Of a DNA stretch of 64,000 nt, positions 12,598 through 25,595 are shown one piece after another (the first letter of the stretch is position 1; the number at the start of each line of letters is the position of its first letter). This DNA comes from Gekko japonicus (lineage: Eukaryota). The translations under genes were made by a program, and so were the position numbers. The DNA lies in contig NW_015165855.1 of NCBI RefSeq assembly GCF_001447785.1, positions 554,338-618,337 on the forward strand, in the 5' to 3' direction. The notes beneath the pieces are model-generated. The model worked only from the letters and a program-made list of their open reading frames with translations. It was not told the origin of the DNA and did no database searches.

Positions 12598-13014
12598 CAG
12601 GGGTCGTTTCATAGAAAAAGAGCTAGGGGAACTCATTAGCATAACTCATTAGCATATGCCACACCCCCTGACATCACCAGAAGTATGTCATGAGGCCACA
12701 CCCCCTGAATGCGCTCGCCCGCTTCAGGAGAGGGGATCAAAGTGTAATACAAGCCTCTTCCGAGACTTGATCACACCAATCTCAACTCTCTCTTGGGTCT
12801 TGATGCCTGCCAGTAATTCCCCCTGCCTGGAGGAAGCCGTGTTGGACCAAAATACAGTCCAAACTGCTGTAAGGAACACCCGTCCACTCTGAGCACTTAC
12901 AGGGTGCGTCAAATCGCCATTTTACCCTGACCGGAAGCAGGGTAATGTGCCCTGCCCCCGCACCTCACCCAGGGGAACTGCGATCCCCCGCGATCCCCCC
13001 CGAAATGACCCCTG
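12598..13014. mobile_element. hAT-family MITE with distinct internal cargo
   Basis: TIR CAGGGGTCRTTTC; perfect 8-bp TSD GTAATGCA (12590-12597 and 13015-13022). Confidence 0.88.
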
Positions 13015-13520
13015 GTAATGCAACAATTTCTTGATATAAAATAAAGGAGATACAGTATTTTACAACCTGGAGAATATTCATCTGAGAAAATATATATTTT
13101 ACTTCTTATGAATGTGAAGATAAAAAGAAGACCATTGAGCAAATGGGTATCCATTGACATAGGAGCTCAACATGTTCTTTTATGGCTTCTTTTGAAATGT
13201 TTCAATATATACCTTATTATCCAGATTACTATTATTTAATAGTTACTTTTCATCAAAAAGCACTTTCAAAACCACAGAATCTCATCACAAGATAAGAGAC
13301 AGGTTGGAGAGGATATAAAGAGCACAAAGGTAACAAGAAAGATGGAAAATTTTGGGAAGTGGTATGTGTGTATTTTCTAGTGTATAACAACCATCAACCC
13401 CCCCTCCCCAATATTCACTGGTTTCCTGTTTGATAGACAGCAAAAGTCAAACAAATAAAGCAGTTGCATCAGCCCCATAAATAAAATAATGTGTCATGAA
13501 AGGAAAATAACGATCTATAC

Positions 13521-15941
13521 CTTGTCCGTACTCTCCATCTCAGAATTTAAACTTTTTTCTCCATTATTAAGGATAGGCACACCAGATGTGTTGTTGCATA
13601 GAATATTGTCTGCAATCTGAATATTGGGGGTCAGGAAAGTGAACTCATTCTTCCTGGATTCTGAGGACAGGCACAGCTGGTAGGAATAAGGCAAAGTCCC
13701 ATCTTCAAAGTTTGGTGGGAAGATGGCTCCAGCCTTTGAATGGGGAACAGGAGCAAAGCACTGCAGGAATTTGGGATTCCCTGATCGCCGAAGCTTCATC
13801 AGAATGGCCAGGATCACTGTCAAGAGAAACAAGAATGACATCAAAGCCAAGGCCAGCACCAGGTAGAACTGCAGGTCGGACTGATAGTCAGAGCTCCTGG
13901 ACTGGTTCTTCATTTCTGGAAGGGCCTCCTGAAAGTTCTCGGCAAACACCAAGTTCAGCGTCACAGTGGCTGAGAGTGATGGCTGGCCATTATCCTTCAC
14001 CAAGATGACCAGTTTCTGTTTCGCAGCATCTTTCTCCACAAAGGCCCTTGTGGTCCTGATTTCACCAGTGTGAGAACCAACAGTGAAGAATCCTGGTTCA
14101 GTGGCTTGAATGACATGGTAGGAAAGCCAGGCGTTGTGTCCAGAATCAGCATCCACAGCCACCACCTTTGTGACCAGATATCCTGCCTCAGCAGAACGAG
14201 GTACCATCTCAAACAAGGCTGAGCCCTTGGCTTCTTGTGAAGGGGACAGGATCCGTGGGCTGTTGTCATTCCGATCCAAAATGAACACCCTCACTGTGAC
14301 ATTGCTGCTGAGAGGGGGAGAACCACTGTCTAGGGCCCTCACTTGAAGCTGGAACTCTCTGAACTGTTCATAGTCAAAGGACCTCTGGGCATAGAGAGCT
14401 CCAGTCTCAGAGTTAATGGAGATGTATGAAGAGATGGGGAGCTCCTTGATGTTGCTATGGAGGATGGAATATGTGATTCGTGAGTTTTGGTCCATGTCTG
14501 GGTCCAAGGATTCCACATTGAATATGGAAGCACCAGAAGGGTTATTTTCTGGCACAAAGATGGTGTAGGATGGTTTCTCAAAAGAAGGGGCATTGTCATT
14601 GATATCTGAAATAAGTAATGAGATGGTTTTATTTGTGGAGAGTGCAGGTGTCCCTTGGTCACTGGCTGTGATTGTAATATTGTATTCAGAATGCTTTTCT
14701 CGGTCTAAAGGACTGTCGGTCTGCAGCTTATAGTAATTATTAGAAGAGGGAATAATCTTGAATGGTAAATGCTTTTCTAGGTTGCATGTAACTTTCCCAT
14801 TGTCCCCTGTATCTTTGTCTTTTACATTGATCAAGGCAATTAATGTTCCAGGAAGGGAATCTTCAGGGACTGGGTTAAACAGGGAAACAATGTTCACCTC
14901 TGGGGAGTTGTCATTCTCATCAAGAACTGTTATTTCGATGTTGCAGTGGGTCACTAATCCTCCTCCATCTTTTGCTGCAACTCGAATACTATATTCTTTG
15001 GTTTCTTCGAAGTCCAATTGCCCTTCTAGTGTTATAGTTCCATTCCTGGGATCCAAGCTGAATTTCTGTTGGTCACTTAGTGGTATGTTCCTGAATTGGT
15101 ACGTGATCTGGGCGTTTGGACCTTCATCATCATCAGAGGCCACAATCTGGAGTACAAACGAACCAACAGGTACATTTTCCTTCAAACTGACCTTATAAAG
15201 TTCTTGTGTGAATATGGGGAAATTATCATTAGCATCAGTGACATCAATCCATATTTGAGCAGTACCAGTTCTTCTTGGTTCTCCACTGTCTAGCGCTACA
15301 AGAGTCAATTGGAAAGAGTGTTCCCTTTCACGATCCAACATTTTCTGCAGTACTAACTCTGCAAATTTCCCCCCATCCTTACTCTCTTTAACTTCCACAG
15401 TGAAATACTGGTTGGGGTTGATCTGGTAATTCTGAAGAGAATTCATACCAATGTCAGGATCTTTAGCTTTCTCAATAAGAAACCTTGTGCCTGGTAAACT
15501 GGATTCAATTATTTCCAACTTGATGTTTTCATTTGCAAAATATGGTGCATTATCATTAATGTCTTGAATCACTACAGTAATATGAAAAATATTCAGAGGG
15601 TTTTCAACCACTGCCTCAAAATTAACAAGGCAAAGTGCAGCTGTGTCACAAATCCCTTCCCTGTCTATTCTGTCATTCACATAGAGTTTTCCATTCTCTG
15701 CACTGATTGTGAAATATTGCATATCATCCACAGAGACAGCATGTAGGTTACGCTGTGCTAGTTCTCTGGCATTCAGACCCAAATCTTTGGCAAGGTTACC
15801 CACAATAGAACCCTTTGGCATCTCTTCGGGTATGGAATACTGAATCTGCTCTGAAGCAGCCCAGCTGCAGAAAGACAATAATGAGAGAAGCAGTACTTGC
15901 CTTCCCAGAGCCCGGCCATTCCCTTTGTGCTTCCTGTCCAT
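13521..15941 (-). CDS. PCDHGB: Protocadherin gamma-B-like variable exon V3 (subtype A), intact
   Basis: Close paralog of V1. ATG at 15941; donor AAG|GTATAG at 13521/13520; read-through stop at 13515. Confidence 0.93.
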
Positions 15942-16179
15942 CTGGATCCCAGACAAATTAGCTGTCTCTTTTACCCCCGGTCAGATCAGATCCTCTTCAA
16001 GATGCAGGGAATCTTAGGAAGAATAATCCGTTTTTCTTCTTAATTTGTACAAGCCACAAGACTTTTTTTTTGGCTCAGGAATGCTGTTCTGCCTCTGTGT
16101 TGGGAGTTCCCCGGTCTGCACAGCACCGATGAAGCTATAGCAAATATCTGTGGCTTTCCAGCCTCCATTTAGCGATGAT

Positions 16180-16223
16180 ATTGGTCAACAGCGACACTCT
16201 GAGGCTCACAAGGAGAACTGCAA
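16180..16223 (-). promoter_or_regulatory. CSE / CTCF site of V3 promoter (CGCT box)
   Basis: Minus strand TTGCAGTTCTCCTTGTGAGCCTCAGAGTGTCGCTGTTGACCAAT. Confidence 0.88.
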
Positions 16224-16704
16224 TGGATGCTTGTTCATTTGGTTTAAAATAGAAATGCAACCTGAAGGCAATTGATGTTTTGGTGAATTACAAACAAACA
16301 CTGAAGGACTGTGTTTAGGAATGACTATCCCCTTGTAATAGGCTCTAAGTAGAGAACTCGGAATATTTTCCTTTAAAAAAACATTTACCTGTTTCTTCAT
16401 TCAGTCCAGTTTTTAAAGCTAATATTGCTACTCCAATAATGAAAAGTCTTGCTTCCTAAATAATCATCCTGGACTTCAAAGTGTGGAAATCTCTGCATTG
16501 TCATCCAGGCATTTTCTCTGGCTGGAATATTACTATTTATACCTTCGATTGCCATTTGAGTTCCAGGATGGTTCACTGTATCGCTACATATGCTCCAAAG
16601 TTAGCCAGTTGTTACTTAGCTGCAGATCTCCTATCTGTTCTCTATGTGGTGCATTAGTAGGTCCTTTAAGATACCAGAGTAAATCTAGAAGTCCCACTAT
16701 GGGA

Positions 16705-17590
16705 AATAATGTGGGTCCCAAGTTTGGAAACTTGTGTACACTTAGGCTGCCATCCTAAAAGCACTTTTCAAAGAGTAGCCTGACTGAATAGAGTAGGATT
16801 CTGACTAGACTTGCTTAGGATGACACTGTTAGTCTCTGATAATCAACAGTGGAGAAAGAATTAACTAGAAACACAGGCCTGATAAACAGAAAAGGTCTAC
16901 TGTCCAGAACAGCCATTCTCATAGAATGTTACTGTAGCTTTGCAGTCATTGATTTTTCCACTTATGACATGTTTTAAAAATGCAAAGATGGAGTAGGCCC
17001 AACTGAATAGACTTGAGCAGGATTTTGACTAGACTTGCTTAGGATTAAACTGTTAATCTCCAATAATCAACGGTGGAGAAAAAAATTAACTAGAAACAGA
17101 GGCCCGGCCAAATTTTTAAACAGAAAAGGTCTACTGTCCAAAACAGTCATTTTCTTCTCATAGCATGTTATTGTAGTTTTGCAGTCATTGATTTTTCCAC
17201 TTGTGACACATGTTTTAAAAATGCAAAGATGGTCATTCTTTGGAAAGAGCTTTCATGACTTTTCTTCATTCTTCCTAGATTTCCTTCATGTATTGATTTT
17301 AAATTCCAAACAATGTCATCAACAATGTAGTAAAATACTACTTCACAACCAGTTTTGATCATTTGCCATTGTATGCGCAATACCAAAGCAATTACAGGTT
17401 TACCTCAATAAATGTGGTCCCCATTTTGGAAGTTTGTATACATTTAGGCTACCATCTTAAGAGCACTTTTCAAGGAGTAGGTCCAACTGAATAGATTAGT
17501 ACAATTCTGAGTAGACCTGCTTAGGACTGTACTGTTAGCACCTGATAATCAACTGTGGAAGTAGAACTACACGTTAACTAGAAGAACAGG
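16705..17590. repeat. Local internal duplications in spacer Y of unit 2
   Basis: 16775-16990 resembles 16992-17232, and 16705-16870 resembles 17405-17590. Confidence 0.65.
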
Positions 17591-18446
17591 TCTGCCCCCC
17601 CCCCAATAGCAACCCATGCCAAATTCTTCCCACATCTGTAACCGATAATGGAATTCAAAGATACCACAATTTCTATTTTTCCACATAACTGACTGCAATT
17701 GGAGTGGGAAAATGCATTTTTTTCAGGTTTAGTAATCATTTCCTTGTTACATTTCTTATGTCAACAATGGGATGGGTGAAGTTTAGAAAGATGTTCTACA
17801 TTACTTTTACATTTCTCTTAAATTCTCCGTTCAAATAATCCAGAATTTACCAGGTTGTCTTAGGCAAGCCATTATCTTGAAACTGAGAACTTCATCTGCA
17901 ATACAGGAAGAATCCACAGCCGGGCCACTTGTGCGGTTGGGTAAAAAGTAGGGATTCTGTTGACTTTCACTGCCTTACTATTCTGCCTCCAAAACCCCAG
18001 CTTTGTTTTCAGTTTGTCTTATGTTAATCAAAGCTCCTGGGAAGAACTCCCAGCTCTCTGCTATGGTGGGGGACCTTCTGGTGTCAGCCTTTGACCAGCA
18101 CTACCACTTGGTAGGGTGATATGGGGGGGGGAAGCTGAAAAACCACTGTTGGGGTGATAGTCTAGGATTCACCAGAAACTCTATGGTAGACTTACAGGTT
18201 TACCCCAGAAATTACATTTTGCTGTCAAGAAAATGGCGTCCCCCACACTCCACTCTTCCACTAGCTGGCAAGTCCACCCCTGGGGCTTTATTTTTGTGTC
18301 ACCGTTTCTTTCCTCATAGCACTTTCCTCCACTATATTTTTTAAGTTATGCTTGCATAAGTTGGATATAAATAGCATATCTAATAAAAATTTCAAACCCC
18401 CACATACAAGTTGAGAACACCAGTGTTAAAAATGGACAAGATCAAG

Positions 18447-18654
18447 TAGGGTTGCCAACCCCATGAGATCTCCCACGATTACAAGTGATCTCCAGATGAC
18501 CAAGATCAGTTCCTCTGGAGAAAATATCTGCTTTGGAGGGTGGTCTCTATGGCATTGTACCCTGCTGAGGTCTCTCCCCTCCCCAAACCCCACCCTCCCC
18601 AGGCTGTACTTCCTAAATCTTCAGGTATTTCCCAACCTAGAGCTGACAACCCTA
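18447..18654. mobile_element. hAT-like MITE (TAGGGTTGCCA ends), paralogous copy
   Basis: Nearly identical to 5451-5658. Confidence 0.7.
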
Positions 18655-18689
18655 GCAAGATGAAAGCTCATAAAGACAGTATAGAAAAA

Positions 18690-19100
18690 AGGGCATACCC
18701 TAAAATATTAATATATAAATATTAATATATAAAAATCTACTGTTTTGATTTACTGGATTGGTTTTACTGAGATTATTATTATCATTACTAGTAGTAATTG
18801 TATTATTCAAGAAGGATATAAAACAAGAGAACCATGACCTACCTTGGGCATACGCTCTGATTAAAAAGCATTACTCTGAGGCAGTGTAGCATACACACAC
18901 ACACAAAAAGGCATACCCATACATCCCTAAATGTTAATATATAAGTTTATACTGCCTTATTTACTGGATTGGTTTTACTGAGATTATTATTATTATCATT
19001 ACTACTAGTAATTGTATTATTCAAAAAGGATATAAAAGAAGAGAAACATGACCTACCTTGTGCATATTCTTTGATTAAAAAGCATTACTCTGAGGCAGTG
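18690..19100. repeat. Tandem duplication of about 200 bp
   Basis: 18690-18887 resembles 18905-19100; both end in aaaagcattactctgaggcagtg. Confidence 0.7.
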
Positions 19101-19448
19101 CACATGGGCGGCCACTCATTAACACAGGAAGCTCAGCAGTAATCTGGAACCATGCGGGATCTTGCACTGCCATTGCCCATTTTAAGATTACAACAGTTAT
19201 ATTCTGCTCAGGACATGAACTGCTTCGCTCAATAGGGGGGGAAATAGAGTTAACATTGCTCCCAGGTATTCAAACCCTAAGTATCCTCCAGGAAAATGCC
19301 AAATATAGTCATTATAAGCTAAGAAATCAAAATATACGAGCTGTTTGAAGGGAGAACTCATTTACTTATAACTATACAAGTGGCCATGCACAATCACGGT
19401 CAAAACCTCTACAGTGAAAATGAGGTACTGCGCTCAAAATAAACTCAC

Positions 19449-21887
19449 CATATCAGATTTATCCATCTCACAGTTTCCCTCACTGGCTATCAAAAGTGCT
19501 TCAGATTTATTCTTAGAAGAAATGTTCTCTGCAGTTAGAACACTGTTTGTTGGAAAGGCATATTCCTGTATCCGGGATTCAGATGATAAGCAAAGTTGAT
19601 AAGAATAAGGCAATGTCCCCTCTTCATAGTTAGGTGGAAATATGATACCATTGTTCGAATGAGGAACAGGAGCAAAGCACTGCAGGAATTTGGGATTCCC
19701 TGATCGTCGAAGCTTCATCAGAATGGCCAGAATCACCGTCAAGAGAAACAAGAAGGAGATCAAAGCCAAGGCCAACACCAGGTAAAACTGCAGGTCAGAC
19801 TGATAGTCAGGACTGATGGACTGGGTCTTCATTTCTGGAAGGGCCTCCTGGAAATTCTCTGCAAACACCAGATTCAGCGTCACTGTAGCAGATAACGATG
19901 GGTGTCCATTATCCTTCACTAAGATAACCGCCCTCTGCTTCACAGCATCCCTTTCCAAAAATGTTCGGGATGTCCTGATCTCACCTGTATGGTGTCCAAT
20001 TGTGAAGAGCCCTGGCTCAGTGGCTTGAAGCAGGTGGTAGGAGAGCCAGGCATTGTGTCCAGAGTCAGCATCCACTGCTACCACCTTGGTCACCAGATAA
20101 TCTGCATCAGCTGAACGAGGGATCATCTCGAACAAACCTGAACCTTCCACTCCTTTGGAAGGGTAGAGGATCTGAGGGCTGTTGTCATTCTGGTCCACAA
20201 TAAACACTTTCACAGTGACATTGCTGCTCAGAGGAGGAGAGCCTCCATCTTGGGCCTTCACTTGAAGTTGGAACTCCCTGAATTGTTCGTAGTCAAAGGA
20301 GCGCTGTGCATAAACAATCCCCGTCTCAGAGTTAATGGAGACATAAGAGGAGAGAGGCAGGTCCTCAATGTTGCTCTTTTGGATGGAGTAAAGGATTCGT
20401 GCATTGCCATCCAGATCTGGGTCAGAGGCTTTGACCCTGAAAATGGAGGCTCCAGAGGGGTTGTTCTCTGGCACATAGGCAGTATAAGAAGGCTTCTCAA
20501 AGGCTGGAGGATTATCGTTGATATCAGAGATCTGCACTGAAATGGTCTTGAGTGTAGAAAGAGGAGGACTCCCATTGTCTGTGGCTGTGATTGTGATATT
20601 ATACTCAGGAGTATTTTCCCTGTCCAGCAAACCATCTGTAAGCACCTTATAGTAGTTATTGGATGTTGAGACAATTTGGAATGGCAAATTGCTTAGTACC
20701 TGACAAACTATGTTTCCATTCTCTCCAGAATCTCTGTCTTTTACATTGATAAGAGCAACCAGAGTCCCAGATGCAGAATCTTCAGGTATTGGGCTGGATG
20801 ATGAGACAAGAATGATTTCTGGGGCATTGTCATTCTCGTCTACTATCTTTATCTCAACATTGCAGTGAGCCACTAACCCACCCCCATCCTTGGCTTCAAC
20901 TGTCATGATGTATTTATCTTTCCCCTCAAAATCCAGGGTTTGCATAACCCTAATAGTTCCATTATGTGGATCCAACAGAAACATTTTGCGAGAATTTTCA
21001 GCAATGTTGCTAAAGCTATAGCTGATCTGGCCATTGGACCCTTCATCTCTGTCAGTGGCTTCCACTTGAACTACTGAAGATCCTTTGGGGACATTTTCTT
21101 TCAGGCTGACTTTGTAAGTATCTTGTGCAAAAACAGGGGGGTTGTCATTGGCATCAATGACATTAACCCATATTTTGGCTGTGCCAGTTTTGGCAGGCCT
21201 TCCTCCATCCACAGCCAGAAGGGTTATATGGAAACTGCTTTCACTTTCCCGATCCAGCTGTTTACTGAGTACTAATTCTGCATATTTATTTCCATCACTC
21301 TCTTTAGTTTCCAGTGTGAAATATTGATTAGATGAGAGCTGGTAACTCTGGAGAGAATTCATTCCAACATCTGGGTCTTCAGCATGCCCAAGAACAAATC
21401 GGGCTCCTGGCAAAGTTAATTCACTTGGTTCTAGCCTGATATCCTCTTTTAAGAAATGTGGAGTGTTATCATTAATGTCCTGGATTGCTACAGTTACATG
21501 GAAAATATTCATGGGGTTTTCAGCCATGACTTCAAAGTTTATAAGGCAGAATAGAGTTTCCCCACATATTCCCTCTCTATCTATCCTATCATTTACATAC
21601 AGTTTTCCATTTTCTGCACTGACAGTGAAATACTGCTTTTTATCTAGAGAAAGGACATGCAGATTGCGATTTGCTATTTCTCCAGGGCTAAGTCCCAGAT
21701 CTTTGCCTAGATTCCCTACAACGGACCCTTTCTCCATTTCCTCAGGGACTGAATACTGAATCTGCTCTGAGGCAGTCTTGCAGAACAAAGACAATAATAA
21801 GAGGAACAATAACCTTACTGATCCACTCTCCTCTTGGTGTCTGCAGTTCATCCTTCTGGCTGAGGCGCTTGCTTTTTCTCCTTTCAT
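19449..21887 (-). CDS. PCDHGB: Protocadherin gamma-B-like variable exon V4 (subtype B), intact
   Basis: Paralog of V2 with in-frame 1-aa (EC2) and 3-aa (VCD) deletions. First ATG at 21887 (the ORF track starts at a GTG). Donor ATG|GTGAGT at 19449/19448. Confidence 0.93.
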
Positions 21888-22116
21888 ATCTTGATCAGCT
21901 GAGGTGTTTCCAATTCCCAATACAAGATCCACAGTAAAGAAGCATAACAATGTCACTGGATACTGCTGAATTTATATACGTTGTAATGGTTTCCTTTCCC
22001 CAAGGCTTCCACGTCTCTGTTGTCTCCCGTTTTCCTGATCGGCATTCAGAGAATGAGCAGCCACACTGCTGGAAGCATCCTTCAGTGGATTCTCAGCTCC
22101 TACATGAGAGCTACCT

Positions 22117-22158
22117 TGGCCAACAGCGACACTCTGCGTCTCAGGCAGGGAACTGCAA
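22117..22158 (-). promoter_or_regulatory. CSE / CTCF site of V4 promoter (CGCT box)
   Basis: Minus strand TTGCAGTTCCCTGCCTGAGACGCAGAGTGTCGCTGTTGGCCA. Confidence 0.88.
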
Positions 22159-22661
22159 GAATTGCTTTTGTTTCTTCCTCAAGCTTATATGTAGAGAAGA
22201 ACAATCTTTTTTTCAGGTAGGGAAGAAGCAAAGTTTTCTGGCTTTGTGGATAGTATATATATATATATATCTACATTTCTGTATGTGTTTATTTTGCTAC
22301 TGCTGTACATACACCATTCAAAACAGCCTTAGTCAAACAGCACAAACTACTTTGCTTTCCCACCACCTATCTGTTTTCAAACAGAACTCAACAGTTAATT
22401 AATAGAAGGGATATCAAGCATGAAACAATATTTTGTGGAAGTGGTATTGCAACTTTTAAACTCAGCTTTCCATGATTATCATGAGATATTTGGAGACATT
22501 TTACCATTCATAAGAAATGAATAATTAAATATATAAGGAAATCAACTTTCTTTATGCCCTCTCAGATTCCATATACTATTTTGCTATATTTATTCATTAT
22601 GTCATAAACCACAACAAAACATATGCAAAAATAAACACCATAATGCAGTTATAAAGATTAC

Positions 22662-23150
22662 AATGTCATCATTAATTATAGAACTCCATTGAGCATGAAG
22701 CTGAGTCAAGCACCTTCCTCTTCTGTCCATAAATAAAACTCAAATTAACATAGATCTTGATTTTTATCATCCAGTTCGATATATTTGAGCCAACAGTCTG
22801 CTTCCAATGTTTAGCAAAAACAATCCTTGATGCCATAATTAAATAGAGGAAAGTTATCTGGATGTTCCTTTGAAATCCTGCCACACAGTTCAACAAAAGT
22901 ATTTCTGGCCTTAGAGGGATCTCAAGTTCGTATCTTACCTCCAGTTTTTCACAAATCTTAGACCAAAACTCAATTGGGTGAGAACATCGCTGCCCAATGT
23001 TGATAGAATTGGCCATCGGAAAATTACAAACCTAACAATGGCCAGTGCAGCTTCTGTACATCATAGCTAATTTCTGGCATCAGTTAACTTTGATGAACTG
23101 TTTATAAGCAGGTTTCCTTTAAGCACCAAAGAGATAGTGAAAGCAGATCC
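22662..23150 (-). mobile_element. L1-clade LINE ORF2 C-terminal fragment
   Basis: ORF 22672-23016 FWSKI...IPLRPEILLL...MASRIVFAKHWK...NWMIKI resembles the C-terminus of vertebrate L1/Tx1 ORF2. Confidence 0.6.
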
Positions 23151-23162
23151 ATGAGTTAAAAC

Positions 23163-23613
23163 CAGGGGTCATTTCGTAGAAAAAGAGCTAGGGGAACTCA
23201 TTAGCATAACTCATTAGCATATGCCACACCCCCTGGCATCACCGAAAGTGTGTCATAAGGCCACACCTCCTGACATCACCGGAAGTGTGTCATAAGGCCA
23301 CACCCCCCGCCCCCAACGGTCCCAGCCACTGGCCTTGCAGCTCCACTGCCGAGCCCCATGAGGTGGACCTGCAAGGCCGGCGGGAGTGCAAGGAAGCCCC
23401 GCGTAGGCCCTCCCTGGCCCCAGGCAGGCAGGGGTGGGGAGAGGCAGGGAGGAAGCAACTTACCCTCCCTCTTCTCCTGCCTCCTCCTGGCTGAATGAGG
23501 GCTGGAAGCGGGGCGGCCGGAAGCAGGGGGCGGGGCTTCGTCATGTGCCCTGCCCCCCGTACCTCACCCGGGGGAACTGCGTTCCCCCACGTTCCCCCCC
23601 AAAATGACCTCTG
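23163..23613. mobile_element. hAT-family MITE (CAGGGGTC ends)
   Basis: Same termini as 12598; TSD degenerate; the paralogous sites at about 510 and 10640 are empty. Confidence 0.85.
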
Positions 23614-24802
23614 GAAACCAAGCTCCATGTCTCCCTGGGTTTCACAGAAACAGTATCATCCATTTAATTTTAAATGTATAATTAGTTGCTGAAGTATAAC
23701 TGAACAGAATAGTATATATTTTTGACAAAACATGCGTTGCTCTAGATTGACATAGCATTTCAAAAGCTGACAGACTCCTAAGACCTGAACGTCTCAGTAC
23801 TTTGCTGACAAAAGCTTTTAAGAGCTAGTTATTGAGAATACAGACATATATTGAACATCTCTCAAAAGATGAAATGATTGCCTCTGGTCTACTTTATACA
23901 AAACATTTCTATTGGCCCAAACTAAATCAATAAATGTACTAGATGTCTCCTTTTGTCACAAGCCCAGGTTTACATAAGGGTGTGAATGCTAAACGGGAGG
24001 CTACTACACATTGAAGCACTGCAAATATGATAAACTCCTTTTCAAAATCTCCTTAATACCACTATAACATACTACAGGTACTACTAGGGTTACTAATAGA
24101 TACTCTGTAGATGAATAAGAATGGCAATGGAGGTATACTTCAAACAGATGGGCATCTCCATTTAAATGAGTGCAGGGAGAAGGGCTGAGAAGGTCTTTGG
24201 TATCAGACCTTAGCCGCCACCACTAAAGGCTGATAACAATATTGGACAACGGATCCATGGACCTTTTTTGGTATGACAGCTCCTTATATACACACATGAG
24301 GAAAAGAATAACACATGCATGAAATTGAAGGACATTGAAAGCATCATTAATAAGCTTTGGGATGCCTTCGCTTTTGCTGCAGAATAGTAAAGTTAAATAT
24401 CTGGGACCAAAGCAACTAAAGAAAACGCTAGTGCATGGTCTGTGTTAGTTAACTGGGAAACTTTCTAACGAGACATTTTAAAAATAATAATGCATACAAT
24501 AGCACAAACATAGGAGCCAGATCTCATCCCAAATGACTAAACGGAAAGTTGAAGTGTGCAATCAGAGAATAACAGTGTTCAGCTTCCACAGATAACCACA
24601 ATGGGGAATAACACAGCCCCACACTTCATTTCCAGGCTTTTGTTAAATGACATTAAGCATTGATCCAAATGTCTAGTACAGTAATCCATATCCCCAACTG
24701 TAATCCAGTTCAATATGTGTAACTGCATTCACTTATATTTGTATTTTGCCCCCTTTTTAGTTTCTCTACTGTTGATTTTGGATTGTAAGTACCTTGAGGG
24801 TA

Positions 24803-25034
24803 AGGTAAAGGTAAAGGTTCCCTTGCTCGAAAGCCAGTCAAATCCGACTCTAGGGTTGTGGTGCTCATCTCCGTTTCAAAGCCGAAGAGCCAGCGCTGTC
24901 CAAAGACATTTCCGTGGTCATGTGGCCAGCATGACTAAACACCAAGGTGCACGGAATGCTGTTACCTTCCCACCGAAGTGGTACCTATTTATCTACTTGC
25001 AATTTCTTGCTTTCGAACTGCTAGGTTGGCAGGA
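24803..25034 (-). mobile_element. 5'-truncated Sauria SINE (Squam1)
   Basis: (ACCTTT)n tail on the minus strand, typical body sequence, and 12-bp TSD ACCTTGAGGGTA (24791-24802 and 25035-25046). Confidence 0.85.
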
Positions 25035-25595
25035 ACCTTGAGGGTAGGGACCTGCTATTCTAGTTTATTAAATTCTATCAAAATCCTGTACATTGATAGA
25101 GCTACAATAAAGAACAAAAATAGTAAGACTATCATGCTGCTAATGTTCTGCCAAAAGTAGCCTTGCAGTGTGCCATCCCTACCCAATGATATGTATTGAC
25201 GGAATCGATCCTTCAAATCAAAATGTGATGGATAAAGAAAACAGAAGGTAAAGAGCCTACTGGAAGAGCCAATAACACGAGAAGTAGTGGGAGAACAAGC
25301 TGGCAAATTAGTGTCGAAGACTGCATACAAGCAGAAAGAGAGGAAATGCAACTGTGTACCTTAACATTATTAGTGCAATTAGCAGAGGAGGATCTCATGG
25401 CCCTCTTCTGAAAATGTGAGCTCTAGGTGTATCTGGTGCATACAAGCCTTACTACCAAGCTATGGCATGTAGACTATGTGTGACCACTGCTGTCGCCAGA
25501 CTGTTAGTACTGCAGCATATATTGCATATAACATAAAGGAGATATAGTATTTTACAACCTGGAAATGGGAACATCCATCTGAGAAACCGTATATT

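Larger units (their letters stand above)
10175..22660. repeat. Tandem segmental duplication unit 2 (spacer X - V3 - spacer Y - V4)
   Basis: Spacers and exons are colinear with unit 1. Confidence 0.8.

Noticed and set aside
21888-21956. N-terminal extensions in the ORF track (GTG/TTG starts for V1, V3, V4, V5, V6, V7, V8)
   Set aside because: Non-ATG starts from the ORF caller. Downstream ATGs precede the signal peptides.
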